This document shows, one piece after another, positions 8,919-16,843 of a DNA stretch of 64,000 nt (positions are counted from its first letter, which is position 1; each line of letters opens with the position of its first letter). Both the position numbers and the translations under genes were made by a program. The notes beneath the pieces are model-generated. The model ran no database searches, had not been told where the DNA came from, and saw only the letters and a program-made list of their open reading frames with translations. Origin of the DNA: an uncultured Rhabdochlamydiaceae bacterium (lineage in GTDB: Bacteria > Chlamydiota > Chlamydiia > Chlamydiales > Rhabdochlamydiaceae); contig CAVQHD010000001.1 in assembly GCA_963712275.1 (NCBI GenBank), positions 1,536,001 to 1,600,000 on the forward strand. Reading direction: 5' to 3'.

Positions 8919-9815
8919 AAGTACCTGGGTTAAGAGAGATTCTGGAACAGGATGGCAAAACCGTCCTCCACCAAGATAAGGTCGTCCAACCCTTTCAAGG
9001 AGTACAAAATGAGGGATGCCCCCTTGTGACTTCTTATCCCTTTTTAGCTGCTCAATGATTCTTTCAGGATTGAAAGGAATGGAGACCGGAGGAAATCTGG
9101 CTTCGATAGCAGCAAGCTCTTCATGAGGCAAAAGACCGAGCGCAGAAGAGAGGCGCGCTTCTAAGACGATGCCGAAACTGACTGCCCTCCCATGAGAAAG
9201 GGTGTAATTCGACAACGTTTCAAGGGCATGGCCGATGGTATGCCCTAAGTTTAAAAGAGTTCGGCACCCTTTCTCTTGCGGATCTTGCGCCACGATCCTT
9301 CTTTTTCCTTCAATCGCTCGAAGAATCATCTTTTCAAGAGGTTGAGGATAATAAAAGAGGTCGGGATCTGAAATAAGCCCTAGCTTTAAGATTTCGGCAA
9401 TTCCATTTTCCCATTCAGCCGCTGGCAATGTTTCAAGAAAAGGGGGATGAAGGAGGATTTTTTCAGGAACATAGTAGGAGCCGATGAGATTTTTCCCTTC
9501 GGGCAGATTTAACGCCGTTTTCCCTCCGATTGCTGCATCGACCATGGCAAGAAGCGTCGTTGGAATCAAGATCAGCGGAACCCCGCGGCAAAAGGTGCTC
9601 GCCACAAATCCTGCCAGATCAGTGATCATCCCTCCCCCTAGGGCGATGATGGTCGTCTCTCTACCATAACCGGCAAGGATGAGTTGAGATAAAAGAGTCT
9701 GATAGGTTTGTAGAGATTTTGACTGCTCTCCAGCAGGGACAATAAAAAGATCCTTGCCCATTTTCTTGCCATAGAGCTCTGCGACGTTTGTATCGGTGAT
9801 AATGGCATGCTTCAT
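8901..9815 (-). CDS. aroB: 3-dehydroquinate synthase
   Basis: GGGMITDLAGF, PTTLLAMVDAAIGGKT, LNLGHTIGHALE and HGRAV motifs. Confidence 0.93.
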   Translation of the reverse strand: MKHAIITDTNVAELYGKKMGKDLFIVPAGEQSKSLQTYQTLLSQLILAGYGRETTIIALGGGMITDLAGFVASTFCRGVPLILIPTTLLAMVDAAIGGKTALNLPEGKNLIGSYYVPEKILLHPPFLETLPAAEWENGIAEILKLGLISDPDLFYYPQPLEKMILRAIEGKRRIVAQDPQEKGCRTLLNLGHTIGHALETLSNYTLSHGRAVSFGIVLEARLSSALGLLPHEELAAIEARFPPVSIPFNPERIIEQLKRDKKSQGGIPHFVLLERVGRPYLGGGRFCHPVPESLLTQVLYTPIG

Positions 9816-10888
9816 AAATGGACAGTGCGATTGTGAAGGACAGCATCGATAAGAACGAGCGCCACCATCGCTTCGACCACGGGGACAGCTCGAATCGCAA
9901 GGCAGGGATCGTGACGGGCTGCAGAAGAGAGCTTAAGCGTTGTCATCTCCCCTGCTGTTGTGACCGTCTCTTGAGGTTTACGAATACTCGAGGTTGGCTT
10001 AAAAGCCACACGGCCAATGAGAGGAAGTCCCGTTGAGATTCCCCCTAAAATTCCGCCGGCATGGTTTGATGCAGGCTCAATTCCCCCCTCTTGTACAGTG
10101 AATCGATCGTTATGTTCAGACCCTCTCATTGCCGCTGCCTGAAACCCCTCCCCAATTTCAAACCCTTTACTCGCTGGAATCGAGAGCATGGCGCTCGCAA
10201 GAGAGGCTTCTAATTTCTCATAAATAGGGTCCCCCAGCCCTGCCGGCACTCCTTCTGCCCGAAATTCCACGACACCTCCCAAAGAGTCTCCCTCTTCTTT
10301 GACCTTTGTGAGCACCTCAACCATGCAAGAAGAAGCCTCAGCATCAGGGCAATAGACGGGGCTCTCATAAGTCCGATGAAACTCTAGCAGATGGTGCGCT
10401 TGAATAGAGCCAAGTTGGATCAAGTAGGCGTGGCATCTGATCCCCCAATGGTTCAGAACTTTTTTAGCAACAGCTCCAGCAGCGACACGGCATGCGGTTT
10501 CACGGCCTGAAGCACGCCCTCCGCCTCGGTGATCGAAAATTCCATACTTGGCAAGATAGGTAAATCCAGCATGACCTGGCCTAAAAAGGTGCTCCAGCCC
10601 CTCGTAAGCTGCCGAGTCGTGATTTTGGTTCCGAATGAGAATCGAGATCGGGGCCCCTGTTGTTCTCCCTTTAAAAACCCCTGATAGGATCTCCGGCACA
10701 TCCTCTTCTTGACGAGGCGATGTAAGAGGAAGGTAGCCCGGAGCTCGCCGCTTCAGATCCACCTCCAAGTCTTCTGCTGAAAGCTCAAGCCCTGCAGGGC
10801 ACCCATCGATGACAACGCCAATAGCGGGGCCATGAGATTCGCCCCAAGTAGTTATTCGGAAAAGGGATCCAAACGAATGACTTCCCAT
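9812..10888 (-). CDS. aroC: Chorismate synthase
   Basis: TWGESHG, RPGHA, RGGGRASGRET, GGILGGIS, FKPTSSI and RHDPC motifs. Confidence 0.97.
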   Translation of the reverse strand: MGSHSFGSLFRITTWGESHGPAIGVVIDGCPAGLELSAEDLEVDLKRRAPGYLPLTSPRQEEDVPEILSGVFKGRTTGAPISILIRNQNHDSAAYEGLEHLFRPGHAGFTYLAKYGIFDHRGGGRASGRETACRVAAGAVAKKVLNHWGIRCHAYLIQLGSIQAHHLLEFHRTYESPVYCPDAEASSCMVEVLTKVKEEGDSLGGVVEFRAEGVPAGLGDPIYEKLEASLASAMLSIPASKGFEIGEGFQAAAMRGSEHNDRFTVQEGGIEPASNHAGGILGGISTGLPLIGRVAFKPTSSIRKPQETVTTAGEMTTLKLSSAARHDPCLAIRAVPVVEAMVALVLIDAVLHNRTVHL

Positions 10889-11337
10889 AACTCAGCCTCA
10901 GTGATGATGTTATGATGCGCCATTGAAGTATAAATGCCAAGCCGATCGTGATAAGTCTCTTCAAACCGCTCCTCTGCATTGGGTCCCTCCAAAAACGTCG
11001 GAAGCTCTACTGAAAAAATCCGGTTTTTAATTATCTCTTTTGGTGTCTGAAGATGCACCACAACCCCCAGCTCACGCAAAAGATGACGATTGCCAGGGTC
11101 CAGTACAATCCCCCCTCCTGTTGCAATCACATGTCTTGTCACCGATGAAAGAGTTTGAAGAAACTCTTGTTCAAGCGCCCTAAACGATGCTTCCCCTATC
11201 TGACGCACCACCTCGCGGGGAGATGGCTGAAAAAAAGCGTCTGTGTCGACAAAGGAGCAGTGAAGATTTGCTGCGACCTTTTGCCCCAGTGTCGTTTTGC
11301 CTGCTGACTTAAAACCAATGAGAATGAGATTTTTCAA
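10852..11337 (-). CDS. aroK: Shikimate kinase
   Basis: GFKSAGKTT P-loop, DTD, GEASFRALE and ATGGG motifs. Confidence 0.92.
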   Translation of the reverse strand: MKNLILIGFKSAGKTTLGQKVAANLHCSFVDTDAFFQPSPREVVRQIGEASFRALEQEFLQTLSSVTRHVIATGGGIVLDPGNRHLLRELGVVVHLQTPKEIIKNRIFSVELPTFLEGPNAEERFEETYHDRLGIYTSMAHHNIITEAELWEVIRLDPFSE

Positions 11338-11364
11338 TTAACACCTATTTGGGTTGAAGAGCAC

Positions 11365-12627
11365 TTACTCGCTAAGACGCGCCCCCAACTGTCTAAGCTT
11401 ATTAAAATACCCAGGAAAGCTTTTTGAGACCACTTCGGTTCCAACAATTTCTGTAGGGCCATGGGCTGCAAGGGCTGCAACGGAGAGGGCAAGGGCCATT
11501 CGGTGGTCGGCGTGGCAAAAGACCCGGGCTCCTTTGAGTTCAGAGGGGTAGATGGTCATTCCATCAGAGGTCTCTTCAATCTGAGCTCCCATTTTTTTGA
11601 GCTCTGTTACGATAGCTTGGATGCGATCACATTCCTTGAAACGGGCAATGGCGCCTCCATAAATCTCGGTTGGCTTGTCTGCATGGCATGCCAGAACAGG
11701 AAGGAGGGTAATGGCGTCGATGAATTTTCCAATATCAATGCGTGCTCCTTTAAGACGGGATCCACGATGAAGGGTAAGACTTGTGCTATTCGTGGAGATT
11801 TTTGCGCCCATCTGCTCTAGGAGAGTGACGACCTCTTTATCCCCTTGAGGATCATCGAAGTCAAGTCCGTGTAGTGTGATCTCAGAATCGGTCATGAGCG
11901 CAGCCGCAATTGGGTAGAGCGCCGAGCTCCAATCTCCTGGAACGCGATAGGTCAATCCTTGGATCTCCGCTCCTCCCGAAAGGCGGTAATGTTCAAAGCT
12001 GTGATTCTGATAGGGAATGTTAAATCGATCGAGCCAGCTTAAGGTCAGGGCAATCCAAGGAAGTTCTCCTGGGTTTCTGACAAAAAGCTCTGTTTTTTCA
12101 GAGGCAAAGGAAGCAGCGATAAGAAGACCTGAGATCGGTTGAGAATCTTCTCCTGAGACTTCTGCAATTCCCCCTCTTAAAGGGCCTCGAACGATCAGGG
12201 GGGCATGCGAGTCTCCTCGCGCTGAAACGGCCCAAGCACCGAGTTGCTCAAGCCCTTCAATGAGAGGCAGGACCTGCCGTCGAGACCGAATAGAATGATC
12301 CCCTGTGATCACCGTATAGGTAGGGAGGAGGGCGCTGACCGCTCCAATGAATCGGAGCACTTGCCCCGAATTTCCTGCATCAATCACATCCTCTGCTGGC
12401 TTTAGCCCTCCCTCGATTTCCATTCTGTCTGAAAAAGAGGCGATTTGAGCCCCCAGAAGAGTGCAAGCCCGAGCCATCGCTTGGGTGTCTGGCGACAGTA
12501 GGGGGTTAAAAATCGTGCTGCGGCCCTTAGCAAGAAGAGAAAAAACAAGAGCGCGCATTGTTTGAGATTTAGAAGGAGGAACGGTCATCTCTCCGGAGAG
12601 AGTTGACCGCTCAATTACAATTTTCAA
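11365..12627 (-). CDS. aroA: EPSP synthase
   Basis: PPSKS, GNSG, PGDWSSA, KECDRI, DHRMA and KSFPGYF motifs. Confidence 0.96.
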   Translation of the reverse strand: MKIVIERSTLSGEMTVPPSKSQTMRALVFSLLAKGRSTIFNPLLSPDTQAMARACTLLGAQIASFSDRMEIEGGLKPAEDVIDAGNSGQVLRFIGAVSALLPTYTVITGDHSIRSRRQVLPLIEGLEQLGAWAVSARGDSHAPLIVRGPLRGGIAEVSGEDSQPISGLLIAASFASEKTELFVRNPGELPWIALTLSWLDRFNIPYQNHSFEHYRLSGGAEIQGLTYRVPGDWSSALYPIAAALMTDSEITLHGLDFDDPQGDKEVVTLLEQMGAKISTNSTSLTLHRGSRLKGARIDIGKFIDAITLLPVLACHADKPTEIYGGAIARFKECDRIQAIVTELKKMGAQIEETSDGMTIYPSELKGARVFCHADHRMALALSVAALAAHGPTEIVGTEVVSKSFPGYFNKLRQLGARLSE

Positions 12628-13238
12628 TTGATACCGAGAAGCTCCATTTCAAAAACAAGGGTTGTACAAGGGCCGATTTCATTTCCAAAACCTGCCTCTC
12701 CATAGGCGAGGTAGTGAGGGATAATAATTTGCCATTTATCTCCAACGCGCATGAGTTGCAGCGCCTCCGACCATCCTGGGATCACGCGATTTAAAGGAAA
12801 TACTTGAGGCTTGCCCCGTTCATAACTGCTGTCAAAGATCGTGCCATTGATAAAACTTCCACGGTAATGGACGGAGACGACATCTGCTGCTGTCGGCTTA
12901 GGCCCTGTCCCTGGATGGAGGACTTTATATTGAAGCCCGCTCTTAAGAGTGGTCACTCCCTCTTCTTGTTTGTTTTTGTCGAGAAACTCTTCCCCTTGCT
13001 GCCGATTTTGCTCCGAGAGCTTGGCGTAAAATTGCTTCTGCTGCGCTTCAACCTGCTGCCGAAGGGCCTGCATAATCGACTGAATTTCATCTTGGGGCAA
13101 CTTGGGGTTATTATTGGCAATAGCATCCTCAAACCCTTTTCTTAAAAGGTCGGCATCCATATCGCTGAACTGCCGTTGCAGGTTTCTAGCTGTTTCAAGT
13201 CCTAGGCAATAGCTGACTTTTTCCCGAGTTGACTTCAT
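12624..13238 (-). CDS. FKBP-type peptidyl-prolyl isomerase (FklB/Mip-like, no signal peptide)
   Basis: KVSYCLG dimerisation domain, SGLQY, VHYRG, FDSS and VIPGWSEALQLM. Confidence 0.92.
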   Translation of the reverse strand: MKSTREKVSYCLGLETARNLQRQFSDMDADLLRKGFEDAIANNNPKLPQDEIQSIMQALRQQVEAQQKQFYAKLSEQNRQQGEEFLDKNKQEEGVTTLKSGLQYKVLHPGTGPKPTAADVVSVHYRGSFINGTIFDSSYERGKPQVFPLNRVIPGWSEALQLMRVGDKWQIIIPHYLAYGEAGFGNEIGPCTTLVFEMELLGIN

Positions 13239-13315
13239 GAAGATCTCCTATATGTAAAATACCCTGGTATAACTGACATTTGATAATCGATCAAGGATTA
13301 TGCTATACTGTTTTA

Positions 13316-14149
13316 ATGAAAGCAAAAGTTACAGAAAAAAGTTTACTTTTAGACATCCTACAGAAACTCAGCCCTGATAGCTCACAAAATTGTTTAAAAT
13401 CGTGGGTTGAAAAAGGACGTGTTTTAATCGACGGCCTTGTTGCCAAACGGCACCATATGTTCCTTGAAGCTGGACAAGAAGTCGTCGTAGGACCCAAAGC
13501 CTCTTTTACAGATGGAGGGATTAAAATTGTCTATGAAGACCGGTCCTTAGTTGTGATCGATAAGCCAGACCGTCTTCTTTCTGTAGCTAGTTTAACGGAG
13601 GAAGATCGAACTGTTCATGCGATTTTAAAACGGCGTCTTAATAAAGCGGTTCATGCAGTCCATCGTCTAGATCGAGATACATCAGGCCTAATGATGTTTG
13701 CTTACACTCCACAAGCGCAGCATGCTTTAAAAAAACAATTTGAGGCGCATACAGTCAGCCGCCTTTATGTTGCTTTAGTTGAGGGACATCTGGCGGAGAA
13801 GCAAGGAACGTGGCAAAGCTTTTTGCAAGAAGACGCTAACTACCACGTCCGAAGCGGCCCAGCGGGGCAATGGGCTGTCACCCACTACGAAGTGCTTGCT
13901 GTGAAGCCGACCTTTTCTTGCGTTCGGTTCATGTTGGAGACAGGGCGCAAAAACCAAATTCGAGTTCACGCTGCGGAGGCGGGCCACCCAGTGCTAGGAG
14001 ACCGAAAATATGGAGCGCGCACCAACCCTTTTGACCGTCTCTGCCTCCACGCCTACGAGCTTGAATTCACCCACCCTTTTCTGAATAAAAAACTCCGCTT
14101 TAGGTCTTCTCTTCCCTCTCCGTTTGCTCCCTTTGCCCATAAACTTTAA
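13316..14149 (+). CDS. RluA/RluD-family pseudouridine synthase with S4-like N-terminus
   Basis: VIDKP, HRLDRDTSG, ETGRKNQIRVH, GHPVLGDRKY and LCLHA motifs. Confidence 0.92.
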   Translation: MKAKVTEKSLLLDILQKLSPDSSQNCLKSWVEKGRVLIDGLVAKRHHMFLEAGQEVVVGPKASFTDGGIKIVYEDRSLVVIDKPDRLLSVASLTEEDRTVHAILKRRLNKAVHAVHRLDRDTSGLMMFAYTPQAQHALKKQFEAHTVSRLYVALVEGHLAEKQGTWQSFLQEDANYHVRSGPAGQWAVTHYEVLAVKPTFSCVRFMLETGRKNQIRVHAAEAGHPVLGDRKYGARTNPFDRLCLHAYELEFTHPFLNKKLRFRSSLPSPFAPFAHKL

Positions 14150-14154
14150 AAATC

Positions 14155-14331
14155 TTTGAAACTTTTGCTCACTCGTGCTTATTTCCATTTCTTCACCACG
14201 GAGACACGGAGAGGGATGAGATTGCACAGAGAAATTCTTCCCTCTGTGCAATCTCATCCCTCTCCGTGTCTCCGTGGTGAAGAAATGTAAATAAGCACGT
14301 GTCAACAGAAGTTTCAAATATTTATTCTAGT
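14155..14331. repeat. Palindromic repeat family A, copy 1
   Basis: 164-bp near-perfect inverted repeat (TTTGAAACTTTTG...CACCACGGAGACACGGAG...loop...CTCCGTGTCTCCGTGGTG...GTTTCAAA) plus a tail shared with other copies; homologous to 38991, 50658 and 55620. Confidence 0.92.
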
Positions 14332-15822
14332 CTACTGGCCCTGACAGCAAAGTCTTTGCAACTGACTGACAAGATAGAAGGGAAGCGTGACAATCGGATG
14401 GGATTTTTTTGGCATGCCGCTGCAAATCCGAATCCCAAACGGCGACTTTTTCTCACTTAAGAAAACGTTAATAGACCGAAGTTTACCTGCAGGGCCTGCC
14501 TTAACTTCGATGGGAATGATATGGGAGCCTAAAGTCACGACATAGTCGACTTCTGCAGCGCTATCCTTTTTTTCCCGCTCCCAGAGGTGAAGCTGCATTC
14601 GGTCGTGCGGGTTTGCGTAGGCAATCAGCTCCTGCCCAACAAACTGCTCTGCCAAAGCGCCACAGTGAATGAGGGTCAAATCTTCTCGAAAGAAGAGCAA
14701 TGGATCAACTTTTAGAGCCGTCTGGAGCATCCCTATGTCAAGATAGAGGAGCTTTTGGACCTTCGACTTAACTTGGGACTGAAGCGGCATGCCACCGGCA
14801 GAGGTTGCTAGTGTCTGATTGCACAAATCCCTCCTCATATTTGACCCGTCTTTATCCTGCTGGGCTGCGCGCTCGCGCTTAACAGCTTGCTCGAAGATGC
14901 CGGCGCGCTCCGCGCTATGCCCAGCAGGAAAATCCGGGCGCAAATATGAGGAGGGATTTATGCAATTAGACACTAGAACAGGACTCAGAAGCCCTGCCCA
15001 GGCGAGTTGATCAAGAGCCGTTTGTAAATCGCGAGATTTGGCATCTGGATCGATGAATGAGTACTTGAATCGAAGTCCAATAGATTCTGGGGCTCGATCG
15101 AATAAAATTTGCAGATACCGGTATTGAGTTTTGGTGGCGTATTTGGCCATATCTGCGCGGTAGAGATCGATGAGAGTCATGAGGTAGTTTTGACAATCTT
15201 GCAAGGAGCCTGTTGCCTGATATTTTGCGACCGCTCCGGGCATGCCTCCGACAAAAAAGTAGATCTTGACGAGTTCCATGAGCCTCTCATGGACAGCTTG
15301 CCCGATTTCTGTGGTCCATTCGAACTCTAAAATGAACTGGATGAGCTGCTCTTCATTCATAACCTCGAGAAATTCTAAAAAAGAGAGGGGACGCATGTAA
15401 ATGGATTGGACACGCCCCACAGGGAAAGAAATGTTTTTGTCAATGAGTGCAAATTCAAGCAGCGACCCAGCTGCTATAACATGGAGATCGCTCATCAATT
15501 CCTTAAAGTATCTAAGTGCTGCAATGGCTTCAGGGCACAGTTGAACTTCATCTAAGAAAAGCAAAGTTGTGCCAGGCCGGATTTGAACCTTGAGGGCTAG
15601 CTCGATGTCTCGGATGATTTTTTTGGGATCTAGGTCTCGAAAACAATCTTTTAGCGTGGGCTTAAGTTCAAAGTTGATTGTGACGGTTTGGGCAAAGTTT
15701 TTCTGGCCGAATTTTTCGATGGTAAAGCTTTTTCCTACTTGCCTAGCTCCTCGAACAAGCAGCGGCATACGGAGAGGCTCTCCTTTCCACCGGTTTAGTT
15801 CCTCTTCAATGGATCGTTTCAT
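14332..15822 (-). CDS. AAA_14 + DUF4143 ATP-binding protein carrying a 55-aa in-frame insertion
   Basis: GARQVGKS Walker A, FLDEVQ Walker B, AAGSLL, FPVGRV, VGGMP and AEVDYV..IPIEVKAG motifs. Confidence 0.9.
   Translation of the reverse strand: MKRSIEEELNRWKGEPLRMPLLVRGARQVGKSFTIEKFGQKNFAQTVTINFELKPTLKDCFRDLDPKKIIRDIELALKVQIRPGTTLLFLDEVQLCPEAIAALRYFKELMSDLHVIAAGSLLEFALIDKNISFPVGRVQSIYMRPLSFLEFLEVMNEEQLIQFILEFEWTTEIGQAVHERLMELVKIYFFVGGMPGAVAKYQATGSLQDCQNYLMTLIDLYRADMAKYATKTQYRYLQILFDRAPESIGLRFKYSFIDPDAKSRDLQTALDQLAWAGLLSPVLVSNCINPSSYLRPDFPAGHSAERAGIFEQAVKRERAAQQDKDGSNMRRDLCNQTLATSAGGMPLQSQVKSKVQKLLYLDIGMLQTALKVDPLLFFREDLTLIHCGALAEQFVGQELIAYANPHDRMQLHLWEREKKDSAAEVDYVVTLGSHIIPIEVKAGPAGKLRSINVFLSEKKSPFGIRICSGMPKKSHPIVTLPFYLVSQLQRLCCQGQ
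14809..14975. mobile_element. Palindromic MITE inserted in frame in the ATPase gene
   Basis: TIRs GTGTCTGATTGCACAAATCCCTCCTCATATTTG / CAAATATGAGGAGGGATTTATGCAATTAGACAC, flanked by (C)TA(G) on both sides; net +165 bp. Confidence 0.9.
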
Positions 15823-15912
15823 CCCATTATTCTACCAAATTGGGTATTTTACGGGGGGTATTTTAGCCAATTTTGGCTGAAAAAGGATGCATTGAAACTA
15901 AGTTGCTAATAA

Positions 15913-16356
15913 TCAGGCATTTTCATCAAGAGTAATGAGCTGAACCCACAGCTGATGAGTCCACTGACGATAGATCTCTCCCCTACTTGTCCGGATCTCG
16001 GCGCGGTAAGTCAAAAGCCCCCCCTTGGATCTGTATCCTTCGTTTAAAAGTGAAAAGACCTCCATCCCCATTCGATCTTCAATGGGATAGACAATCTCTT
16101 CTTGGGTATGATTGCGGTAAATCACATGGAATACAAGCTGGGGTTTTTCTTTAAGGAGCTTAGGAGGAACAGCCCACTGCATGACCACCTTTTGCCCATA
16201 AGGAGGGTTGGCCTGCCTCGGATCGGGGCTTCCAACCTGGCTGCTGGCAAGGTAAAGCGAGTCGATAGGAACTTGCCGAAGTGATAAATAATATTTCTCA
16301 CACCCCGTGAGTATCCATAGGCAGAAAAGAAGAGTCGCGATACACTTTCTTGACAT
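15913..16356 (-). CDS. Putative lipoprotein
   Basis: MSRKCIATLLFCLWILTG-C signal peptide with lipobox. The longer 5' extension in the ORF track overlaps the NUDIX gene. Confidence 0.7.
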   Translation of the reverse strand: MSRKCIATLLFCLWILTGCEKYYLSLRQVPIDSLYLASSQVGSPDPRQANPPYGQKVVMQWAVPPKLLKEKPQLVFHVIYRNHTQEEIVYPIEDRMGMEVFSLLNEGYRSKGGLLTYRAEIRTSRGEIYRQWTHQLWVQLITLDENA

Positions 16357-16843
16357 GCAATCCGTGGTTTGTATTTTGATTGTAGACGAGACGCTCCTTC
16401 TAATCCAGCGCCGAGATATCCCTGTCTGGACCCTTCCTGGAGGGGGTATAGAACCAGGGGAAACAGCCGAAGCTGCAGCCGTTCGAGAGATGAAAGAAGA
16501 GACCGGGCTGACAGTTGACATCGTTCGCAAGGTCGCAGAATACACCCCCATTAATCGACTTGCCCGCCTGACCCATTTTTACGAAGTTAGACGTTCCAGT
16601 GGAGAACTTGCCACGGGCGCTGAGACAGCCGCTGTCCAGTTTTTTTCTCGCTCCAACCTTCCGCCGCTCCTGCCGCCCCCCTATGCCGATTGGATTGATG
16701 ACGCATTTCTAAAGTCGCCGCAAATCATCAAAAAAGAGCTCACTTCTCTTACCTACCGCAAGCTGCTGATCACCTTTCTTCAGCACCCACTCCTTGTCAT
16801 GCGATTTCTCCTCACGAAAATCGGAATCCACTGGAACCGTTAA
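16355..16843 (+). CDS. NUDIX hydrolase (MutT-like)
   Basis: WTLPGGGIEPGETAEAAAVREMKEETGL. Confidence 0.88.
   Translation: MQSVVCILIVDETLLLIQRRDIPVWTLPGGGIEPGETAEAAAVREMKEETGLTVDIVRKVAEYTPINRLARLTHFYEVRRSSGELATGAETAAVQFFSRSNLPPLLPPPYADWIDDAFLKSPQIIKKELTSLTYRKLLITFLQHPLLVMRFLLTKIGIHWNR

Noticed and set aside
13994..14317. ORF encoding LLTRAY.HFFTTE.RRG.RLHRE..., with similar ORFs at 39016-39207, 55537-55830 and 55627-55812
   Set aside because: These are translations of palindromic family A, not an independent protein family. They are noted only as evidence that the element has an open frame.
14809..14975. Intein or self-splicing intron in the ATPase gene
   Set aside because: No Cys/Ser...His-Asn intein termini, too short for a group I or II intron, and it has TIRs with a target duplication.
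16357..16551. N-terminal extension of the 15913-16551 ORF
   Set aside because: It is antisense to the NUDIX gene, and the lipoprotein signal peptide starts at 16356.
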